DNA from: an uncultured Clostridia bacterium
GTDB lineage: Bacteria; Bacillota; Clostridia; Oscillospirales; CAG-272
Assembly: GCA_904501985.1 (NCBI GenBank)
Contig: CAJGCT010000002.1
Location: 3,596 to 67,595, forward strand
DNA: 64,000 nt
Direction: 5' to 3'
The notes under the pieces were generated by a model, which saw only the letters and a program-made list of their open reading frames with translations, did not search any database and was not told where the DNA came from. This document shows positions 1 through 6,040 of this stretch, in pieces. How positions within the stretch are numbered: the stretch's first letter is position 1; every line of letters begins with the position of its first letter. Made by a program: the position numbers and the translations under genes.

Positions 1-97
1 TGGATGGTGCGACAGCCTTGTACATTTTCTCCTGGAGCGAGAATTTTTCTTCGGGTGTCAGCCGAAGTGTAAGCGTTTCTGTTTGTGTTCTGCCCAA
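1..97 (-). CDS. 5' part of a small ribbon-helix-helix / MobC-like mobilisation accessory protein (continues off the left edge)
   Basis: The reverse strand reads AAAGAGG-N8-TTG, then LGRTQTETLTLRLTPEEKFSLQEKMYKAVAPS. The 'LRLTPEEKxxL' N-terminus resembles MobC/RHH relaxosome accessory proteins. Only 32 codons are visible and the start is TTG. Confidence 0.3.
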   Translation of the reverse strand, partial: MGRTQTETLTLRLTPEEKFSLQEKMYKAVAPS

Positions 98-151
98 TTA
101 AATTACCTCTTTCTTCAATGATATCGGAATATATTTTTTCGTTTCTTTTGG

Positions 152-183
152 CTTACCTTTTCTTTTCGCAAAGAAAAGGTAAG
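152..183. repeat. Perfect 14-bp-stem inverted repeat (CTTACCTTTTCTTT-tcgc-AAAGAAAAGGTAAG)
   Basis: Read directly. No T-run follows on either strand, so it is not a classical terminator. It lies just upstream of the MobC-like start. Confidence 0.8.
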
Positions 184-420
184 TGGGAGCGGCTTAGCCG
201 CCGGGCTTCTGCCCGATTATGTTCCAGCGTGAGCGCAGGGCAGTGCGAGGTGGCGGCGCCATTTTGGCGCTGGACGTCCACGCGCTATGCTTGCCCCAGA
301 CGAGACGTCGGGGAAATGAACAAAATGATATCTAAACTACGCGCGGGGCTATTCTTTGTTTCATGTGGCGCAATATTTGATGTTTGATGTCATATACTCT
401 CATTTCGTTGTGTATTTGAT

Positions 421-449
421 ATTATACTATAACAATTTTGGATTGTCAA
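421..449 (-). promoter_or_regulatory. Leftward sigma-A-type promoter (TTGACA-17-TATAAT on the minus strand)
   Basis: -35 is the complement of 444-449 and -10 is the complement of 421-426, with an exact 17-nt spacer. Confidence 0.45.
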
Positions 450-479
450 TAGTTTTCTATAATATTTTTGGAGTTTGGC

Positions 480-508
480 TTGACAAATACAACTTTATAT
501 GATAAAAT
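480..508 (+). promoter_or_regulatory. Rightward promoter of the repressor operon (TTGACA-17-TAAAAT)
   Basis: -35 at 480-485 and -10 at 503-508. It is back-to-back with the leftward promoter, 30 bp away. Confidence 0.45.
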
Positions 509-541
509 AGACGTGTAATACAAAATCGGAGGTATATCCGC

Positions 542-1255
542 ATGAGTACGATCGGTACGCGAATCAAGGAGTATCGCTTGCAAAAAGGAATGACACAGCA
601 GGACATTGCCGATGCCCTCGGCGAGAGCTCTGGCAGAGTTATATACAACTGGGAGAAAGGAATCGGCCGCCCCGATTGCGATAAGCTCGCTCGACTTTGT
701 GATCTGCTCGGTGTATCTGCCGATGAGCTGATTGGATGCAAATCTATGACGCAGCATCCCACCGCTGCAGAGTGGAGCACGATACAAAAATACCGTGCTC
801 TCGATGAACACGGTAAAGATGTTGTTGATTATCTGATCGACAGTGAATACAAGCGTGTGACCGTTGCTTCTCGAAAGCCTAAGGCTCGTATGCTGAAGAT
901 CGACTTTTTCAATTATCCGGCATCCGCAGGAACGGGCAACTTTCTTGAAACGGAAACTCCAGAACAGATATTTGTTAAGGAATCTGCAGAAGCAGAAGTC
1001 GCCGATTATGTTATTCCGATCACGGGCAACAGTATGGAGCCTACCTATCACGGCGGTGACAGAGTGTTCGTTGAAAAATGCGATTCTGTCGATATCGGCG
1101 AGATTGGTATCTTCGTTGTCAATGGTGACGCTTATATCAAGGAGCTTGGCGACAAGTGTTTGATTTCTCATAATGAGAAGTATAAGCCGATTCGACTCGA
1201 CGAGAACGACAGCGTTTATTGTTGCGGACGAGTGATTGGAATTGTGGAAGGATAA
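542..1255 (+). CDS. XRE-family HTH repressor with a C-terminal S24 (LexA/CI-like) self-cleaving peptidase domain
   Basis: N-terminal HTH (IKEYRLQKGMTQQDIADALG). C-terminal S24 signature GNSMEP (Ser) ... AYIKEL (Lys). RBS GGAGG lies upstream. Confidence 0.85.
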   Translation: MSTIGTRIKEYRLQKGMTQQDIADALGESSGRVIYNWEKGIGRPDCDKLARLCDLLGVSADELIGCKSMTQHPTAAEWSTIQKYRALDEHGKDVVDYLIDSEYKRVTVASRKPKARMLKIDFFNYPASAGTGNFLETETPEQIFVKESAEAEVADYVIPITGNSMEPTYHGGDRVFVEKCDSVDIGEIGIFVVNGDAYIKELGDKCLISHNEKYKPIRLDENDSVYCCGRVIGIVEG

Positions 1256-1281
1256 TTGAGTTTTTGGAAACGGAGAAGCAT

Positions 1282-2082
1282 ATGCAACATTCCGGTGATA
1301 TCAATCAACTGTTTGAAAGTGTTGGATTCAGTAATGAATATCTAAATGACACTGTAACTTTTTATAATGAATATTTTGATAATGATTCAGAGATGAATGT
1401 ATTCTTTGAAGAGGTCTTTGCCGATGAGAGTAGATTGAATTATTCGCCACGAAGAATGATGAATAGAGTACGATATTTGGTTTCGCTTGCCCAAGACATT
1501 GACAGTATAAGGCATGAATCTGATGCACTAAAAGTGGTGTTTTTTCAATCCTGCATTGAGGGGTTACATAAATTAAGTAAATCGAAAGCACTACATAATC
1601 ATTTTTTTCTCGATAATTCTACTGAAACAGATGGAGAATATATCAAAAATCATTTCGAAATATTTAATATTGCCCCTCTAAAAAATGACGGAGAACTGGA
1701 TGGCGAAGTGTCAGAAATTTATAATAGCGACATGACATTGGTTCTATTTGCAGAAGTCTTGAAGGAAACAAGAAATATTGTTTTACATGAAGGCGATTTT
1801 TGGTCTGTACAATTATTCAATGCAAGAGAAGATTGCGGACTTCTATCATCAATTCAATCCAGTAAGAAATATATCAAGGATGAAATAAAAAACTCATATC
1901 TACAGTACTGCGATGAAGAAACACGAACTTATTTCGAGAAACATGATACACTTATAAAATTCTTGAATTCCTCCGGTGACTTGCTATATTCATTTAATAC
2001 TACATTAGATTTTCAAAAGTTTACCGCTATTTTTGTCAGAACATGCATTAACTTTATTAGAAATTTCATAAGCACCAATTAA
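1282..2082 (+). CDS. Hypothetical protein, AT-rich, with an RNxxxHxxxxW (HEPN/Abi2-like) motif; candidate abortive-infection or exclusion protein
   Basis: The ORF track frame starts at 1219. ATG 1282 is preferred because GGAG lies 6 nt upstream and the start is 26 nt after the repressor stop. Motif TRNIVLHEGDFW is encoded at 1768-1803. Composition is visibly much more AT-rich than the neighbours. Confidence 0.6.
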   Translation: MQHSGDINQLFESVGFSNEYLNDTVTFYNEYFDNDSEMNVFFEEVFADESRLNYSPRRMMNRVRYLVSLAQDIDSIRHESDALKVVFFQSCIEGLHKLSKSKALHNHFFLDNSTETDGEYIKNHFEIFNIAPLKNDGELDGEVSEIYNSDMTLVLFAEVLKETRNIVLHEGDFWSVQLFNAREDCGLLSSIQSSKKYIKDEIKNSYLQYCDEETRTYFEKHDTLIKFLNSSGDLLYSFNTTLDFQKFTAIFVRTCINFIRNFISTN

Positions 2083-2109
2083 AATATTTGCAGGAAAGGA
2101 GTTGACCCG

Positions 2110-3930
2110 ATGCGAGGCGTAATCTACGCGCGATATTCCTCAGACAACCAACGAGAGGAGTCAATCGAAGGACAGATCCGCGAAAACACAGCGTTTGCCG
2201 ATAAAAATGGCATCGAGATTGTGGGCACATACATAGACAGAGCGCTCTCTGCCAAGACCGACAATCGCCCCGAGTTTCAGCGAATGATCAAAGACAGCGC
2301 GAAGAAGAATTTCGATGTTGTAATTGTGTGGAAACTCGACCGTTTCTCCCGTAACCGTTACGATTCCGCAAAATATAAACTGATGCTGAAAAAGAACGGT
2401 GTTCGTGTGGTATCCGCAACTGAAGTAATTGCGGAAGGATCGATAGGCATCATAGTTGAATCGCTGCTTGAAGGCATGGCGGAATACTACTCTGCCGACC
2501 TTGCCGAGAAGGTATCGCGAGGTATGACCGAGAATGCGCTCAAATGTCGATTCAACGGTGGTACAATCCCTTTCGGTTATATGATTGACGAGGATCAGAA
2601 TTATCAAATCAATCCAGCACAGGCTCCGCTTGTTATCGAGATGTTTCGCAGATACGCAGGCGGAGAGTCGATCACCGAGATTATTGAAGACTTGAATGCT
2701 CGTGGCATCCGCACCTCCAAAGGTAATCGATTCAATAAAAACTCCCTTGCGCGCATCTTCTCTAACCGCAAATATATCGGCGAATACAGCTACAATGATG
2801 TGGTGTTCCACGATGCAATCCCTGTTATTGTTTCCAAGGATATATTCGATAGGGTTTCCGTTCGAATGGCGCAGAACAAGCACGCTACAGGTAAGGCGAA
2901 AGCACCGGAACGTTATTTGCTGACAACCAAGCTGTTCTGCGGAAGCTGCAATTCGATGTTTGTGGGTGACAGCGCAAATAAGCCAAACGGCGTAATTTAT
3001 CGCTATTATAAATGTGCCAGTGCAAAGCGTCATGAATGTGACCGCAAGGCAATTCGCAAGGAATGGATCGAAGATCTCGTAATCCAGAAGATCACCTCCT
3101 GGCTGCAGGATGATAAAATGATCAGCGATATGGCGGATGATGTAATGGCGCTCCTGAATGAGGGCAACGAGATGCTTCCGGCACTTGAGGCGCAGCTAAA
3201 GGATGTGCAGTCTTCTATTGCCAACATTATGAAGGCCATTGAAAAAGGTGTAGTCACTCGAACTACAAAATCTCGCCTTGAGGAATTGGAAGCAGAGGAA
3301 GAGAAAATTACGAAAAGCATCAAGATAGAAGAATCAAAAATTCCAACAATCACAAAGGATTTCATCCTCTTTACGCTTAACAAATTCCGTACTCTGGACT
3401 TGAAAGTTGAGAAAAACAAGGAACGGCTCATCGACGGACTCGTCAAGGCGATATTTGTATACGACGATTACATAAAAGTGCTTCTCACCTTTGACGATTC
3501 ACCGATAACAATCCCAACATCCGATGAAATTGAATATATGTCTAATAGTTCGGACATTCAATCGTTCGCTTCACCAAAACAAAAACCATCCCTCGTGGAT
3601 GGTTTTTTGTTTTGTGTTACTCCGCGCGCGGAAGTGAACCCCGTAAATTGCCGGCGCAGTGTAGTTCACACGATACGAAATGCAATTTACCGCGCAAGCC
3701 TCGCTTGCGCGTGGCGATATCCCGTACGGGTCACCAAAACAAAAACCATCCCTCGTGGATGGTTTTTGTTTTCCTCTTACACACCGGCAAGATATTCCTC
3801 CGCAAAGTGCACCGCGGTAGCACCGTCCGCGACAGCCGTAACAATCTGCCTGAGTGCCTTTGTGCGAATATCTCCTATGGCATATACACCATCAATATTC
3901 GTGCGCGTCGTTTCGTCCGCTATAATGTAG
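2110..3930 (+). CDS. Large serine recombinase (resolvase N-domain plus recombinase/zinc-ribbon/coiled-coil region) with an anomalous ~119-aa read-through tail
   Basis: N-terminus MRGVIYARYSSDNQREESIEGQ...VIVWKLDRFSRN carries the catalytic Ser motif. A Cys cluster is present (CGSCNSMF...YYKCAS). From about aa 488 the frame runs through a hairpin repeat, a GC-rich spacer and antisense trxB before the first stop. Confidence 0.9.
   Translation: MRGVIYARYSSDNQREESIEGQIRENTAFADKNGIEIVGTYIDRALSAKTDNRPEFQRMIKDSAKKNFDVVIVWKLDRFSRNRYDSAKYKLMLKKNGVRVVSATEVIAEGSIGIIVESLLEGMAEYYSADLAEKVSRGMTENALKCRFNGGTIPFGYMIDEDQNYQINPAQAPLVIEMFRRYAGGESITEIIEDLNARGIRTSKGNRFNKNSLARIFSNRKYIGEYSYNDVVFHDAIPVIVSKDIFDRVSVRMAQNKHATGKAKAPERYLLTTKLFCGSCNSMFVGDSANKPNGVIYRYYKCASAKRHECDRKAIRKEWIEDLVIQKITSWLQDDKMISDMADDVMALLNEGNEMLPALEAQLKDVQSSIANIMKAIEKGVVTRTTKSRLEELEAEEEKITKSIKIEESKIPTITKDFILFTLNKFRTLDLKVEKNKERLIDGLVKAIFVYDDYIKVLLTFDDSPITIPTSDEIEYMSNSSDIQSFASPKQKPSLVDGFLFCVTPRAEVNPVNCRRSVVHTIRNAIYRASLACAWRYPVRVTKTKTIPRGWFLFSSYTPARYSSAKCTAVAPSATAVTICLSAFVRISPMAYTPSIFVRVVSSAIM
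3571..3613. repeat. Direct repeat copy 1 (43 nt) containing the hairpin AAAAACCATCC-ctcgt-GGATGGTTTTT
   Basis: Identical to 3731-3772 except for one extra T in the T-run. Confidence 0.9.
3731..3772 (-). terminator. Direct repeat copy 2; rho-independent (bidirectional) terminator immediately after the trxB stop
   Basis: The hairpin at 3741-3767 is flanked by A- and T-runs. The trxB stop codon ends at 3777. Confidence 0.75.
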
Positions 3931-4697
3931 CCTGCGTCATCTAACGCCACCTCGCCGCGGTACAGCTCAGACGCAGGCTTGCGGCCTATGCTGACAAAAA
4001 CGCCGTCAACCTCCAAGCTTGTTTCATCCCCGCTTTTCAGATTCTTTATTTTAACACCGCGAAGCCTTTCTTCAGCGTCAAAACAGGCAACCGTGCTGTC
4101 CCAGATAAATTTCACGTTTTCAGCCCTCATAAGCGGCTCATGATATATTTTTGTGGCGCGAAGTGTGTCCCTGCGGTGGATAACGTAAACAGTTTTGGCA
4201 AGATTCGAAAGATAAAGTGCATCCGATGCCGCGCTGTTTCCGCCGCCAACCACCGCCACCACCTTATCCTTGTAAAATCTGCCGTCGCAGTGGGCGCAGT
4301 AGTGCACTCCGCGACCTGTCAATCTATCCTCAGCCTCCACAGAAAGTCTCCGCGGATCAGCACCGCCGCCAATCATTACAGTGCGTGCGTGTATATCACC
4401 GTCGGCGGTGATAAGCCGCTTTATTTTGCCGGAAAGCTCCGCGCCTATAATTTCAGCATACTGCGTTTTTGCACCGAATCGCTCTGCCCCTGCCTGCATC
4501 TTCATTCCGAGTGTAAAACCGTCTACACCTTCATCAAATCCCGGGTAGTTGTCGATAACACCCGTAATCGTCATTTGCCCTCCGGCTGCCATTTTTTCCA
4601 CAACAAGCGTATCAAGACCTGCACGCGCCGCATAAAGTGCCGCCGTATATCCTGCCGGTCCTCCGCCTATTATTACTGTATCATATATATGTGCCAT
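3777..4697 (-). CDS. trxB: Thioredoxin-disulfide reductase
   Basis: GGGPAGYTAALYAARAG FAD motif, redox-active CAHC in HYCAHCDG, and VVGGGNSA NADPH motif. Confidence 0.93.
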   Translation of the reverse strand: MAHIYDTVIIGGGPAGYTAALYAARAGLDTLVVEKMAAGGQMTITGVIDNYPGFDEGVDGFTLGMKMQAGAERFGAKTQYAEIIGAELSGKIKRLITADGDIHARTVMIGGGADPRRLSVEAEDRLTGRGVHYCAHCDGRFYKDKVVAVVGGGNSAASDALYLSNLAKTVYVIHRRDTLRATKIYHEPLMRAENVKFIWDSTVACFDAEERLRGVKIKNLKSGDETSLEVDGVFVSIGRKPASELYRGEVALDDAGYIIADETTRTNIDGVYAIGDIRTKALRQIVTAVADGATAVHFAEEYLAGV

Positions 4698-4760
4698 TGT
4701 AATTCTCCCTTAGTTTTTTACTTTACATCTATATTCTACCTCATTTTTTCCGTAATTTCC

Positions 4761-4773
4761 GTGACTGTGTCAC
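4761..4773. promoter_or_regulatory. Palindrome GTGAC-TGT-GTCAC; candidate Crp/Fnr-family operator in the trxB promoter
   Basis: It lies 22 nt upstream of a TAGAAT -10 hexamer (complement of 4733-4738) and 64 nt upstream of the trxB start. The same motif at the same spacing is seen at trxA. Confidence 0.55.
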
Positions 4774-4819
4774 AAAAAGGCTGAATTTGCGCGCTTTTAT
4801 TCAAAAAATCACGGAATTA

Positions 4820-4848
4820 TTGACACATAGGCACAGACATGGTAAAAT
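4820..4848 (+). promoter_or_regulatory. Promoter of the Crp/Fnr-family gene (TTGACA-17-TAAAAT)
   Basis: -35 at 4820-4825 and -10 at 4843-4848. Confidence 0.5.
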
Positions 4849-4878
4849 AAACTTATAATTTGACGTTATGAGAAGGAT

Positions 4879-5562
4879 ATGATGAAAATAAACAACGAAC
4901 AGCTTATAAATCTTTTTAAAAACACATTTCCATTTTGGGAACAAATGAGTCCTGCTGACCAAGAAATGTTTCTTCGTTCATCTCACAGCTTCACATTCGA
5001 AAAAGGCACAAACATACACGACGGAAACGAATGCACAGGCGTGATACTTGTGAGAAGCGGCTCACTGCGGATATATCTTCTTTCCGATGAAGGCAAGGAG
5101 ATTACCCTCTACCGACTGTTTCCGGGCGATATGTGTATACTGTCAGCATCCTGCGTACTTAATACGATCACATTTGACGTGTTCATTGACGCAGAGGAAA
5201 ATAGCGAATGTGTGGTTGTGGGCGGCTGTGCCTTTGAAGATCTGACACGCCGTATGCCCGAAGCTAAGATATTTGCCCTTGAAGCTGCTCTCAGCCGCTT
5301 TTCCGATGTTATGTGGGTAATGCAGCAGATACTCTTTATGAGCCTTGATAGGCGGCTTGCTATCTTTTTGCTTGATGAAATTGCCAAAAACGGTGGCGAT
5401 ACCGTAAAACTGACTCACGAGCAGATCGCAAAATACATGGGATCTGCCCGTGAGGCTATATCGAGAATGCTTAAATATTTCGCCGCAGAGGGCATTATAT
5501 CCTATTCGCGCGGCGGTATCAATATTCTCGACAAGAAGAGACTTCGCGAATTAACCCTCTAA
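4879..5562 (+). CDS. Crp/Fnr-family transcriptional regulator (cNMP-binding-like domain plus C-terminal HTH)
   Basis: Beta-roll region (GVILVRSGSLRIYLLSDEGKEITLYRLFPGDM) and C-terminal HTH (LTHEQIAKYMGSAREAISRMLKYF). Confidence 0.85.
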   Translation: MMKINNEQLINLFKNTFPFWEQMSPADQEMFLRSSHSFTFEKGTNIHDGNECTGVILVRSGSLRIYLLSDEGKEITLYRLFPGDMCILSASCVLNTITFDVFIDAEENSECVVVGGCAFEDLTRRMPEAKIFALEAALSRFSDVMWVMQQILFMSLDRRLAIFLLDEIAKNGGDTVKLTHEQIAKYMGSAREAISRMLKYFAAEGIISYSRGGINILDKKRLRELTL

Positions 5563-5859
5563 AAGCGACAGTATCTGAGCCTTGGGACGTGCGCCCGTAG
5601 CCTGATTAACAATCTTTCCCTCTTTCATCACAACAAGCGTTGGGATGCTGAATACGCCGAATTCGCCTGCAAGCTCCTGCTCCAAGTCAACGTTTACCTT
5701 TCCCACTACGATATCATCGCGCTCCTCGGCGATCTCGTCAATAATGGGAGAAACCATACGGCAGGGGCCGCACCATTCCGCATAGAAATCAATGAGAACA
5801 GGTTTCTCGCTATTTTTCAAAAGCTCTATATTTTCTTTGTTTATGTTTATAACCGACAT
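5551..5859 (-). CDS. trxA: Thioredoxin
   Basis: WCGPC active site. The start was moved to MSVININ (ATG complement of 5857-5859) because the longer ORF-track start lacks support. The 3' end overlaps the convergent crp-like gene by 12 nt. Confidence 0.9.
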   Translation of the reverse strand: MSVININKENIELLKNSEKPVLIDFYAEWCGPCRMVSPIIDEIAEERDDIVVGKVNVDLEQELAGEFGVFSIPTLVVMKEGKIVNQATGARPKAQILSLLEG

Positions 5860-5923
5860 TTTGTCACATTCCTTTCGTTTTTGATTTGCACCTATATTAT
5901 ACCCTGTATACATTATATTTTCC

Positions 5924-5936
5924 GTGACTTAGTCAC
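5924..5936. promoter_or_regulatory. Palindrome GTGAC-TTA-GTCAC; candidate Crp/Fnr-family operator in the trxA promoter
   Basis: It lies 22 nt upstream of a TATAAT -10 hexamer (complement of 5896-5901) and 65 nt upstream of the trxA start. The flank TTTCCGTGAC is shared with the trxB box. Confidence 0.55.
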
Positions 5937-5940
5937 ATTC

Positions 5941-5970
5941 ACCGCCGCCGAATGACGGCGGTCTTTTTTT
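5941..5970 (+). terminator. Plus-strand rho-independent terminator-like hairpin (ACCGCCG-N8-CGGCGGT plus T7)
   Basis: Read directly. It is the first plus-strand terminator after the crp-like gene and lies beyond the antisense trxA gene. Confidence 0.5.
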
Positions 5971-5973
5971 CAC

Positions 5974-6002
5974 TTGCACTTCGGCGCAATTTATGCTATA
6001 AT
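5974..6002 (+). promoter_or_regulatory. sbcDC promoter (TTGCAC-17-TATAAT)
   Basis: -35 at 5974-5979 and -10 at 5997-6002. Confidence 0.45.
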
Positions 6003-6040
6003 AAAGTATACAAACGATTTCCTTAGTCAGTGAGGCAACT

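Noticed and set aside
85-387. 100-aa plus-strand ORF in the element's leader region
   Set aside because: It has no RBS and an implausible Cys/Arg/Ser/Phe-rich low-complexity translation. It runs through a series of perfect DNA hairpins and lies opposite to the direction of the promoter that reads this region. It is treated as non-coding.
1219-1281. Longer start (ATG 1219) for the orphan gene, overlapping the repressor 3' end by 37 nt
   Set aside because: No Shine-Dalgarno sequence precedes 1219. ATG 1282 has GGAG at the right spacing and lies after the repressor stop. The extra 21 codons have the repressor gene's composition.
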